NCBI RefSeq assembly: GCF_009914755.1
Contig: NC_060936.1
Source: the human T2T-CHM13v2.0 reference genome, Homo sapiens
Reading direction: 5' to 3' (one strand)
Length of the DNA: 64,000 nucleotides
Shown: positions 17,803 to 30,250 of the stretch, in pieces
Position numbering within the stretch: the first letter of the stretch is position 1
Layout of the letters: each line of letters opens with the position of its first letter
Made by a program: the position numbers and the translations under genes
Notes under the pieces: generated by a model
The model's database searches: none
The model's input: only the letters and a program-made list of their open reading frames with translations
What the model was told of the DNA's origin: nothing

Positions 17803-18163
17803 CAATGTCCAAAAAATCGAGTTGAGGAAAATCAAAATTATTCCTAACTAAAAATTAAGCCCCAAGCAAAATACAAGACATAGGTATTTGTCAAGAGGAA
17901 ATAAATTCATTGATATTGGGCACTGATGGTATTGCGTGCCTAGAAAATTCAAAGTAACAGGAAAGTTATGGAAAATAAGATCATTCAACAAGGGCGTCAA
18001 CACAACTAAAATAAAAGCAAGAACGTGTTTATCTAAAACCATAACCAGTTATAAATGCAAAGACAGAAAGATTCCATTTTAATATTCAATAAAAATACAA
18101 TACCAATGAACAGATTTAACAAGAAATTTGTCATATCTTTTAAAGAAAATGTTTAGACCTCAC
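17803..18163 (+). repeat. Inserted copy of the 361-bp local duplication
   Basis: ~97.8% identical to 14900-15260; interrupts an unrelated L1M 3' fragment. Confidence 0.95.
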
Positions 18164-18474
18164 TGAGGTCTGATGGAATGATGGAATTCCATCATTTGCA
18201 GCAACATGGACGGAACTGGTCCCTATGTTAAGTGAAATAAGCCAACCACAGACATACAAACACTGCATGTTCTCGCTCATATGTGGGAGCTAAAAGAGTG
18301 GATGTCACGGAGCTAGAGAGTAGGTTGGATTGGCAGTTACCAGAGGCCAGGAAGGGGTGAGAAACTGAGGAGAAAAAAGAATGAAACTGGTATCACCACT
18401 GAACTGTACACTTAAAAATAGTAAAGACAGTAAGTTATATAGGCATATTTCACCTCAATTTTTTAAAAACTAAC

Positions 18475-18779
<305 letters not shown>

Positions 18780-18799
18780 CTAAATAAAAAACATCTGAA

Positions 18800-19250
18800 G
18801 TTCCTGATGTAGGGGTCCTATGAGTTTGTATTGAACTCAGCTAGGCTTCTTCCAAGCCTTCCTTTGAGCTGTCAACCGCTCTACTAACTGAGCTCTAACC
18901 ACTCTGAGCTCCTTTTAGGTCCTCTAACCCACTGAGCTTTTCCTCCTCCCAGGACTGTTGCCCAGTTCTCAACATCTAAGATGCCTTTCTCCTGCTATCC
19001 ATTTAATTGCTACCTTCTTATCCTTCATGATTCAGCTTAAACGTTGCCTTCACAGGGGCTGTTCCAGACAAACCTAGCATAAGCCCCCACATGCCACATT
19101 CTCCATCAAATTATATCCTCATTCCCTTCCATTTGTAATTACTTTTTTATCTGTTTGTAAATCTGTGGTCAATCTCCCTCATGAGCTTAAGAGCTCCCTG
19201 AGATTGGAGCCTTTTCCTGGAACGTATTAGATGCTTAATGAATATTTGTC
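18800..19250 (+). mobile_element. L2 3' end remnant
   Basis: TCCTTCATGATTCAGCTTAAACGTTGCCTTC...GATGCTTAATGAATATTTGT, typical of an L2 terminus. Confidence 0.65.
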
Positions 19251-21736
19251 GTAACAATATTTTAAGATGTATTCAAGGATTTTAATTGCGCTAAGTAATT
19301 AGCCTACGGGCATTTGTTAAGTCAAGGTTAGTATATACATGTGATGGATTCATACACAGCTATTAAGAGAGTAATTTAGCTCTTAGTTCTACCACAAAAA
19401 AAAATCCACAGAAAAAAATCCAGAATGCATTGTTGAGTGAAAATAGCAGGTTTCAAAATAGTGTACATGTGACTCTTCCAGGCATCGCTTGAGAGACTCA
19501 TTAAGCAACATAATAAATAAGTAATTCCCTGCCACTTCTCACAGTGGTACATAGAATAGAATGTAGAATGTAGCTAGAATTGCACGTGTGCAGAAATCAC
19601 AACCGAACCCAAGCCTACAGCTATTCTGGGGGGGTGACTGTCTCACCGTTCCAGGAGCCACCCCCACCCTGCAGGGGCCCGACTGCATTTCTAGAACACC
19701 ATCTAGCCGATATTTTAAATCAGACCATTGCAAGCACATCTTTTCAATTAGACGCACGTGCAACAGATGTCAAGGACTTAATTTTTCTTTATTACAGGAT
19801 GTGTTTATGTGTGCGGGGGATCTGTGTTGCTGTCTGAATGCTCCCCCGGTTACAAAAATTAGTTTTATTTTCTCCAAGTGATGAGATTTCAAGTATTATT
19901 TATTTTCTGCTTTCGGCTTGTCTACATTGTTGGAATTTTCTACAATTACTTTGTATTTTTTAATAACTAGAAATGGAAGCTATTTTCCTTTGGAAATATG
20001 GACAAATGTCACGACTGAATACTCGTATGAATTCAATGTAAGTGAAGGAAGGCTTAGTTCTTCATCTGAATCCAGATAGCCCGGGAAACCTTTAATTGGC
20101 AACTGCAAGCCAGATGACTGACGGCCTGTGGTTGTGTTTTGTTTTTCCTCCCTTCCTTGCCCATGTTGTGTGGAACACGCTGGTGACCCAGTTCACCTGC
20201 AGGACAGCTGTTCCGCTCATGGTGTGCACTTGCCTGTCATTTAATCCAAACAATAAACCTGCCATGCAGGCAAGTAGAGTCAGGGGTGTAAAAAAAATTT
20301 TCCTAGTTCCAGTTCAACACTTCAAAAATATATTTGCTAGGGGCCGTGTTCATCTTTTTTGAGAATGTAGAAAATGATGTCAGTCAGAATGCAAATATTT
20401 GTATAAAATATTTGTATAAAAACTTCAACATCTTCTGATTATCATTTATTACAATGTGTTAAAAGAGCTGTCATTTATACACAATAAATTCTGGTGAAGT
20501 GGAACCGGGAGGAGTATGAGATCCACTTTGGACAGAACAGCTGGGTGACTTCCTCCGTATGCGAGATCACCATCGCCCCGCTTCTGAAAAACTCTGGGCC
20601 TATTTATTGCAAAAGGCCTGCACAACTGCCTATCCAGCTTATACCACAGAAAGACTAAGTATTCATAACAGGAAAACAGGAGTAAAATAAAACACACAGA
20701 GACAGAAAAGTCAAAATAAAACAGCAGCAATTTCCATCTTTGAGCCTATACAAGAGAGACACAAATGATGAAAACCATAATTACGAGATGAAATGGAAGA
20801 AAGATCTATTTTGTAATCACAAGTCTTCCCGAGTCTTGGGGAAAAGGTTCATTTCTAAGACGTGTGTCACGGACTTATTGTGAATTCACCCTGACACCAT
20901 TTATTCCATAGCTTATGTTTCTTCACTGATATGAGGACTTTGATTACAGCATTTGCTAAAACGAACGCAGATGATGTTCTCATGCGTGAATGAATATTTC
21001 TAAAATACCGAGATAGTTTCATCAAAGACAAGAATTCTGGAATTTAATCACAAACAGGAACATAAATAGATACCATATTTTCCTATTCAAATAATGAGTC
21101 AGCTCTTATTATAGTCATCTAATTTTATCAAGAATAGCACTTGGCTAATTAGACAGGAGTCAGTTTAATAACTAGCTGGCATTTATAAGAATAGAAATGG
21201 GTTCTATGAAAAATTGTTTACGACTGCAAAAGAATGGTGAAAGCTGGTATAATGCATGAAATCGGAGCAATGATAAGTTAATGAGCAATATGCAATGGCT
21301 GCAGTCAAAGTTCCTGGCAGTCCAATCCCCACTGCACCTTAATATATGCAAGCATTCATGCACTTAGTGTGTATTTGTTGAAGGCCTGCTCAGCGTCAGA
21401 CACAGTGGGCTTTTCCGTAGCTGTGCAGATGATGTCTTTCTGCAAGGACCAAGGAACTGAGCATTTGACCAGGTCCACAGAGTTCTGCTAGTCAGCCTTC
21501 ACCGTGAACACACAGAACCAGACGCCGTAACAAGAAGTTCACACACTTAGTTTCTGCAATGGAGAGCATGGAGAAATAAAGTCTGACTCTGGGGCACCAA
21601 CCGCTCTCTCTCCCCACTTCTCCAGGATCTGTTGGTAAAACCTCAGGTCTCACTCCTTCCATTTTCAGTCTGAGAACCCAAAGCCACATTTTAGCAAGCT
21701 GGGAGAATGGAAAGAATCACATCATAAAGATAAGAT

Positions 21737-22800
21737 GGTGTGTGTGTGTGTAGTATGGGGTGTGCCTCTGTGTAATGTGGGGTGTGTCTGTAATATGGGG
21801 TGTGTGGGGGGTGTGTATGTGTGGGGGGTGTGTATGTGTGTGTATCTGTGTGTATGTGCCTTGGGGTGTGTGTGGTGTAAGGTGTGTGTGTGGTGTGGGG
21901 TATGTGTGTCTGTGTGTATCTGTGTGTCTGTGGTTTGGGGGTGTGTGGGGGGGTCTGTGTGTGTATCTGTGTGTATGTGGTTTGGGGTGTGTGTGTATGT
22001 GGTGTGAGGTGTATGTGTGTGTGTGTGGTGTGGGGGTTTGTGTGTGCCTATGTGTGTGTAGCTGTGTATATGTGGTTTGGAGTGTGTGTGTGTGGTGTGA
22101 GGTGTGTGTGTGGTGTGAGGTGTATGTGTGTATATGTGTGTGTGGTGTGTGTGTGGTGTAAGTGTGTGTGTCTATGTGCATCTCTATGTGGTGTGGGGTG
22201 TGTGTGTGGTGTGAGATGTATGTGTGTGTATGTCAGGTGTGTGTGGTGTGGGGTGTGTGCGTTTCTATGTATGTGTATCTGTATGTGGTTTGGGTTGTGC
22301 ATGTGTGTGTGTGGTATAAGGTGTATGTGTGTGTGTATGTGTGTGTGGTGTGGGGGCTGTGTGTGCCTATGAGTGTGTATCTGTGTGTATGTGGTTTGGG
22401 GTGTGTCTGTGTAGTGTGAGGTGTATGTGTGTATATGTGTGTGTGTGGTGTGGGGTGTGTGTGATGTATGTGTGTCTATGTTTGTGTATCTGTGTGTATG
22501 TGGTTTGGGGTGTGTGTGGTGTATGTGTGTGTATGTGTGTGAGGTGTGTGTGATGTCGGGGGTGTGTGTGGGGTTTTAAGTGTGTATGTGTGTGGTGTGG
22601 GGGTGTGTGTCTATGTGTGTATCTGTGTGTATGTGGTTTGGGGTGTGTGTGTGGTGTGTGTATGTGTGTATGTGCGCATCTGTGTGTATGTGGTTTGGGT
22701 GCATATATGTGTGTGGTGAGGTGTATGTGTGTATGTGTATGTGTGTGGAGTGTGTTTGTGTGTGTGTATATGTGTGTGTGTGGTGTAGGGGGTGTGTTTA
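21737..22800. repeat. ~1.07 kb complex GT-rich tandem array
   Basis: (TG)n with recurring GTATCTGTGTGTATGTGGTTTGGGG and GGTGTGAGGTGTATG modules. Confidence 0.95.
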
Positions 22801-22905
22801 TGTAAATACTTTCTTTCAAGACAGCAAGTTGCCTTTCATTTAACGGCCGTATCAGTGGGTGTATGTACCTGCACACACAGACTGTGGCTGAATTAGTGAC
22901 ACTTA

Positions 22906-23338
<433 letters not shown>

Positions 23339-23734
23339 TTAGAGTGGAAATTCCATAAAGATAGTGAAATTTGTTCATCCCTTCTCCCCCCGCCACAGTG
23401 CCAAGCACTGCACTTTGATCATGGCATTTGATGAATGGATTCATGAGAGGATCAAAAGGAGCTACAAAGGAGAATTGGCATCTGGTTTCCCCATCAATTG
23501 TGATATTTATAATAATTGAATAAATAAGATATACTAAAATATCGTAATACCATATACGATTTACTTTAGCTGCTAGGTCGGGGAGTCGCTATCTCTTCAG
23601 ATCTCCGTGCAAGCCACCCCCCAGTTCCACCAGGGATGGAGGTACAACTCCACACACCCCAGGTTCTTCCTGCGGCATTCAGCACAAAACTTGCTTGTGT
23701 AGACTCTATTTGCTGTGCAGACTCTGGAGTCTGC

Positions 23735-23880
23735 GGACCCTGACCTTGAGTCACACTTTTGCCTCTTCATGCATCATTTCCTCCTCTTATGAAACGGGGA
23801 TGAAATTAGCCCTCATCGCTAACGGTATGTGTGGCATGCTCTGCAGTGCCTGGCACGTAGTTAGTGCTAAGTGTTAGTTG
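23735..23880 (+). mobile_element. MIR remnant
   Basis: TGACCTTGAGTCAC...TTTCCTCCTCTTATGAAACGGGG...GTGCCTGGCACGTAGTTAGTGCT. Confidence 0.6.
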
Positions 23881-24911
23881 CTGCTGGTACTGCTGTTCGT
23901 GTTATTATTCCTAGTACCAGCACTATGGCCTGCTACTATTATTAACATAATCATCAATATTATTTAAACATGTTTTCCTCCTATTCTAGGCAGGTCTTTC
24001 ACCGGATTCAACCAGAAAGAAAAGTGCTGCTGCTACCCAAAGTGCTCATGAGTGGGAGACGCAGTGTCCTGGAGCTGAGGCTGGAGCAGGGGACAGAATT
24101 CCAAGACCGCACGTGCACCGTGGACATGACTGCTCTCAAGACGTTTGTTCATGGCAGCTGAGGTTTCTCTCAGCCCTTCCTCCATGAAAAGCTCAGCACC
24201 TCCTCCTCCCCTGGTTCCTCTCACCTGGCACTCTTTTTTGTCTGAAGCTAAAGCAAGCTCCTTACCTTCCGCATGGAAGTTCTCCATCTCTGCAACCTTG
24301 GCCATAGCAGAGACCAAGTCCCTCAAGCAGCCTGAATCCTTTTCAGGAGTTCTTTTCAAAGACCATCTTGCCTCCCTTAGGAATTTAGGGGCCAGTTGTT
24401 GCAAAGATGGTGCTCTTAACCCACTCAATGTCTTTGCAAGGCCCCTCTCCACCCATTATTCCATTTGCACGTCCCAACAACCCTGTGTGACAATGGGGGC
24501 CATCAGTGCTCTTTTGCAGGTAAAGTAACAGAGACTCAGAGAATCTACGTGGTTATTCGAGTCTGGCAGAGCTACGGCACAAGCCCAGGTCTTCTGATGC
24601 ACACTCAGCGTGCGCATCCCCTCTGGAGCAGTTAACCATACATTATAAATATCTCAAGCACAGATGCAGACACAAGGTTATTTGAGTGGAGTGTTCCTGA
24701 TCAGAGGTATACCAGAAACTCATTTAATTCAAAATATATTTACTTATGTTTTCATGCCCAAAACTTTCAGCAGCCTTTTGGAAGCATCAGCTGAAAATAT
24801 ATGGGATGAACGGTTCCATCATGAAGGAGCTCATATTTCAGGTGTAAAGAAATGATTTATATGCATGCAAAAGCTAGAGGAAAAGGCAAAATTGAACAAA
24901 CTGTTCCTCAA

Positions 24912-25052
24912 ATTTTATTTTATTATTTGTTTTTGGAGATAGGATTTTGCTATGTTGCCCAGGCTGGCCTCAAACTCGTGGGCTCAAGCCATCCTCCTGC
25001 CTTGGCCTCCCACGTAGCTGGGACTGCAAGTGTGCACCAACACGCCTGGCTG
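24912..25052 (-). mobile_element. Alu monomer (FLAM-like), antisense
   Basis: T-rich tail, TATGTTGCCCAGGCTGG...CACGCCTGGC; single arm. Confidence 0.8.
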
Positions 25053-25859
25053 CCCCCAGATTTTAATTAAAAATTCCAAAGGGATGCAAGAAAGGCTCAA
25101 ACCAAGTGCTGATGAATCTGACAAGTAGCAAAGATTATATGTCAGCCTCTCTGGCCTGCTTCTCAACCACCTCTCTTCATTTTCTTCTCCCTCCTCCTTT
25201 CTCCTATATAAACCCATTTTAACAATGGATCTGAAATTAGCCATTTTAAAGCAACATTCTCTGATTCCAATTCTGATTTTCTATATTCCAGAGTGAAAAC
25301 ATTCCATGATCAAAAATGCTTAAGAAATAGGGGGTTCGAGAAATTAAGACAGATTCTCTCACCGCAGGACTTAGATTATTTGACACAATGGTGTGTATTG
25401 TGTGTTCGCATTTGTCATGCATCTTTGGGCACAGAGAACTTAATTTCCTGGAGAATTCCACGGTGTTGGTGTCCTCTGAAACGCACGTCAGATGCTCCCC
25501 ACAGCTGGAGAATGACTAAAGGACTCCAAAAGGTTGGCCTTCTGGGGGGTTTGAATTTTAACAGGTGGCAAAGCTGTCAGATGGAATCTTCGTCCTCAGA
25601 AAACAGGCCAATGGAACTACTTTGAAGGCACCAGAAGTCAGTCTGCCAGCCCATAATTGCAGGGTCTGCACATCGGTTGCCTGGAAAGGAAGCCACGTAA
25701 GGATTTCCCACAGGGAAAGCTGGACTACAGGCAGGCCTCAAAAACCCATTCGATCTGAAGAAATATGGAAACACTGGAACAGTATTTCTGGCAGGGGCAA
25801 AAGTGCCAACCAAAACGTGCAGCGGAACTCACAGAGCCCATTTTGGACAGTGCCACTCA

Positions 25860-26012
25860 CCCTTCAACACACAGGTGCATCACCTGGGATCTTCTTAAAA
25901 TGCAGCCTGTGACTCTGCCCATCTGTGGGCTGGGGGAAAAGGGCAAGAACTTGCATTTCTTGCCAACTTCCAGGAGATGTGATACTGGTCACTGGACCAC
26001 CCCTGGGATTTA
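25860..26012. mobile_element. MER5A-like hAT-Charlie MITE remnant
   Basis: CATCACCTGGGATCTTCTTAAAATGCAG...TTGCATTTCT...CTGGACCAC. Confidence 0.55.
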
Positions 26013-26723
26013 GGGAGTCATGAAGCCTGCTGGTCTTTCGAAGTGGGGAGCAGGAGTGCTGCTCTTAAGTGGCCAAGACCACAGGTTTCCTTTGTTGAAG
26101 AAATATTTTTTGATCTCCTGCTGTATGCTGGGCACCATGCTAGGTGCTGAGGATATAATAGTGCAAAAGACAGACGTGATCTTTGTACTCATGGAGCAAA
26201 TTCACTGGGGGGTGACAGGAAATAAATACATCAGAGAGACAATCTGAGACACACGCTGGAGGATCAAAGACAAAAACAAAACCAAGAGACGGGAAAGAGG
26301 ACAGGAGTGGAAGAGTCAGCCATGGAGAGGGTGACCAGGGGCACCGTCTCTGAGGATGGGGCACTGAGCAGGGCTGGAGGGGAGAAGGGCTGAGTGGCTA
26401 GAGGAGCTGAGAGACCTGCCGGGGTCCTGAAGACCACCCTCAGGTTGGCTGTCTCACTGGAGGACTCACAGGACTCAGCATATGGTTGCACAAACAGCTG
26501 GGACTTATTACAACAGAAGGTCAGACCACAAAACCAGCAAAGGACCAGGGTAACACAGGTGGAAGTCAGGGCAAGCCAGGCTCAAGCTCCCAAGGGTCCC
26601 TCCCCAGGGAGTCACACAGGACGCACTTAACTTCTTCAGCACTGAGCTCTGACAACACCTACAGTGTCCCCTACCATGGAAGCTTGTCAGAGGCTCAGCA
26701 TCCGGAGTTGTTGATATGGTTTG

Positions 26724-27060
26724 TATATCAGTCCATTCTCAAGCTGCTATGAAGAAATACCCGAGACTGGATAACTTATAATGAGGTTTAATTGACTCAC
26801 AGTTCCACACGGCTGCCAAGCCTCAGGAAACCTACAAGCGTGGCGGAAGGCACCTCCTCACAGGGCGGCAGGAGACAGAATGAGTGCCGAGCGAAGGGGG
26901 AAGTCCCTTATAAAACCATCAGATCTTGTGAGAACTCACCATGACGAGCATGGGGAAAATCACCCCCATGATTCAATTATCTCCACCTGGTCTTGCCCTT
27001 GACATTTGGGGATTATTGTAATTCAAGATATGATTTTCAGGAGACAGAGATTCACACTGA
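26724..27060 (-). mobile_element. MaLR LTR (THE1-like), antisense
   Basis: CAGTCCATTCTCAAGCTGCTATGAAGAAATACCCGAGACTGG, CTTATAAAACCATCAGATCTTGTGAGAACTCAC, CCCCCATGATTCAATTA. Confidence 0.85.
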
Positions 27061-27470
27061 CATGGTTTGGCTCTGCGTTCCCACTTGGATCTCATGTTCA
27101 TTTGTCACCCCCAATGTTGGGGATGGGACCTGGTGAGAAGTGGATCATGGGGCAGATTTCTCATGAATGGTTTAGTACCATCCACTTAGAACTGTCCTCG
27201 AGGTAGTGAGTGAGTCATCGTGAGATCTGGTTGTTTAAAAGTATGTGGCACCTCGCACATCTCTTTCTTGTTCTTGCTTTCACCATGTGATGTGCCTACT
27301 CCTCCTTTTCCTTCTACCATGATTGGAAGCTTCCTGAGGCCTCCCCAGAAGCCAAAACTGCCATGCTTCCTGTACAACCTGCAGAACTGTGAGCCAAATA
27401 AACCTCTTTTCTTTATAAATTACCTAGTCTCGACTATTTCTTTATAGCAATGGAAGAATGGCCTAACACA
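27058..27470 (+). mobile_element. MaLR LTR (MST-type); its first 12 bp appear to lie at 26712-26723
   Basis: Colinear with the LTR at 2035-2443, ends GGCCTAACACA; TSD GTTGT at 26707-26711 and 27471-27475. Confidence 0.85.
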
Positions 27471-28084
27471 GTTGTTTTTGGGGGCTGGTCATGTGGACAT
27501 TTCTCCCCAGCATATGCTGAAATTCCAGACTCCTAGAAGAAAAGCAGGTGTCCTGCATAAGCCATATTTTTTATACAAAGAGTTTAGGCGCAGTACGCCC
27601 CTTTCATCAGTTAGGGAATGGTGGGAGTCCTCCTAAAATCCACATTTCCGTGGACCAGCCAAGGGCCAGCCTTGCCAGCAGCCTTTGTAAGGAGAGCGGG
27701 CTCAGGCCTGTGATGCAAACTCTTTTATGCACATTGGCCTTTCAGCCATGACGCTCCTTCTGTGCAAGGGCCCAGGGAAGCAAAAGCAGGCTGGTCAGGA
27801 ACACAGAGGCAGGTCAGTGTATTTAGAATTCAGCTGTAGGAAGAATCGTGGAGAGGAAGGAGGTAGAGGTGGAAGTGAGAACAAATTTGCGGCTCTATCA
27901 CTTGCTAGCTATGTCACATTTAACTTCTCCAAACCTCAGTTTGTTAATATGTAAAATGGGAACAATACCTATCTTATAGGGCTTAATATAAGGTATAAAG
28001 CAGAGTGCCCAGATATTTGTTAAAACATAATATGGTGTCTCTTATTATTGGTTTTAAATTGGGGGCCTGATTTAATCTCATTCC

Positions 28085-28300
28085 CGTTAAAATAACTAAC
28101 ATGAATAGAGGCCTTAGCATGAGCCAGGCGTTGATGTAGGAAAGTGCTTCTCATCGGTGAAGTCATCCCATCCTATGACAGCCCTGTGAGGGACAGACAC
28201 TCTACCGTGGGCCAGTTTACAGGTGAGACAGCTGAGGCACAGAGCGCGGTGTCCAAGGTCACACAGCTATGGAGGGCTGCGCAAGAATTCAAACCCAGGA
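28085..28300 (-). mobile_element. MIR remnant
   Basis: ACAGCCCTGTGAGG...TTTACAGGTGAGACAGCTGAGGCACAGAG...CCAAGGTCACACAGCTA. Confidence 0.65.
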
Positions 28301-28576
28301 AGCCCACCAAAGCATACAAGAAACCAGCTGGATTACAAAATTTCAGTTCATAAGGTAAAGTTTTGAAGCAGTTTTAATCTTCTTCCAGTAACGGCTCTCA
28401 ACTTTATTCCATCAAATCTCTTTCTACTACATAGCAGGCTCCATCATCAACATTTCAGGCAACTCCATAATTTTTCAGGTACTTTTTGAGTTTTGAAAAA
28501 TGTTTATTATGGCTAGGAAGACTCAGTCCTGTTCAACCATATTTTAAGCTATCAGCTTCTAACCAATATTAGATTG

Positions 28577-28951
28577 TGTTACCGACTCAATGCTTGTGCC
28601 CTCCCCCACCCCCAGAATTCCTATGTTGAAGCCCTCGCCCCGAGTATGACGGATTCAGGAGGTGAAGCACTTAGGAGGTGATGAGGCTTAGATGAGGTCA
28701 CAACGGTGGGGGCCCCCGGGATGGGACTAGTTCCCTTATAAGAAGGGAAAGAAACATCAGAGCTTCCTTTATCCACCATGCAAGGGCACAGCAAGAAGGT
28801 GTCCATCTGCAAGACAGGGACAGAGCCCTCACCAGAAACTGAATCTGCAGGCACCTTGATCTGGGACTTGCAGCCTTCAGACCATGAGAAATAAATGTCT
28901 GTTGTTTGAGCCACCCAGTCTGTGGCACCTGTTCCACCATCTGAGCTGACA
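28577..28951 (+). mobile_element. MaLR solo LTR (MLT1A-like)
   Basis: ATGTTGAAGCCCT, TTAGATGAGGTCA, CCCTTATAAGAAG, GAGAAATAAATGTCTGTTGTTT motifs. Confidence 0.85.
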
Positions 28952-28987
28952 CTTACAGATTAGCCATTTGAAGGTCCGGATGGGTAA

Positions 28988-29482
<495 letters not shown>

Positions 29483-29945
29483 AGTCACTTTCTTCCGTGT
29501 CTCCCTGGGTGGGCGACTGCTTCAGGCTCAAGCTCCTCTCCCGTCCTCCAGCTGGGCAGTGCACTCTGCTGCCTCCACCGCTGCTATCCCTCATTTACTC
29601 ATCAATTTATCTGCTAATAGGGTTACTGGCGAGAGGCTTGAGCTCCAACCACCTTCCATAATGTCCTCTTGACCCATCGGTGACACCAGCCTCCCCTGCC
29701 ATGCCCTGGGGACACAAGGCCCTCCACCTGCACTCTCCCAAGCCCAGTGTCTCTTCTCTGCCCCTTGCTGCATCTGGAGCCACTGTGTGTGCTGCTGGGT
29801 GGGTGGAGTCATCACTTTCAGACAATTACCCAGGAGGGGCTGCATGGTATGGGGTGGACTGTGCCCTCGGGACACCCACTGTGGCTGCCATCCAGGCTGC
29901 ACACAAACATTCCTTCCAGGCCCACACTTTAAAGCGAGGGGTATA

Positions 29946-30250
29946 ACCAGGTGCAGTGGCTCACGCCTCTGATTCCAGCACTTTGGGAGGATGAGGCAGG
30001 AGGATCACTTGAGCCCAGGAGTTCAAGACCAGCCTGGCCAACACAGCAAGACCCTATCTCTACAAAAAAATAAAAAAATTAGCTGGCATGGTGGCGCATG
30101 CCTATAATTCCAGCTATTCATGAGGCTGAGGCAGGAGAATCATGAGCTCAGGGGGCAGAGGCTGCAGTGAGCTGTGATTGCTTACTGCACTCTAGTCTGG
30201 GCAACAGAGCAAGACCCAGTCTCTAAAAAAATCAAGTTAATAAAATAAAA
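29946..30250 (+). mobile_element. Alu (AluJ-like)
   Basis: Diverged dimer with GATCACTTGAGCCCAGGAGTTC. Confidence 0.88.

Larger units (their letters stand above)
17520..18472 (+). mobile_element. L1MA/L1MB 3'-end fragment, interrupted by (AT)n and the 361-bp insertion
   Basis: TACACTGTTGGTGGGAA...AAAATGTG on the left; CATTTGCAGCAACATGG...CACTGAACTGTACACTTAAAAAT on the right. Confidence 0.8.
26415..27735. mobile_element. MER21-like LTR split by nested MaLR LTRs
   Basis: GGACTCACAGGACTCAGCATA and GGAGTCACACAGGA on the left, TTTTGGGGGCTGGTCATG...AATTCCAGACTCC on the right; inserted block bounded by GTTGT TSD. Confidence 0.6.

Noticed and set aside
14945-18042. Two near-identical 64-aa minus-strand ORFs as a duplicated small gene
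   Set aside because: They lie antisense within a duplicated piece of ancient L1 and show no coding or splice features; the duplication itself is reported instead.
21717-22876. Cys/Val-rich and His/Thr-rich ORFs resembling metal-binding proteins
   Set aside because: Artefacts of the (TG)n/(CA)n array in all frames.
24033-24528. Overlapping 139-aa and 127-aa ORFs on opposite strands in unique sequence
   Set aside because: No recognisable domain or clear exon structure; the lengths are compatible with chance.
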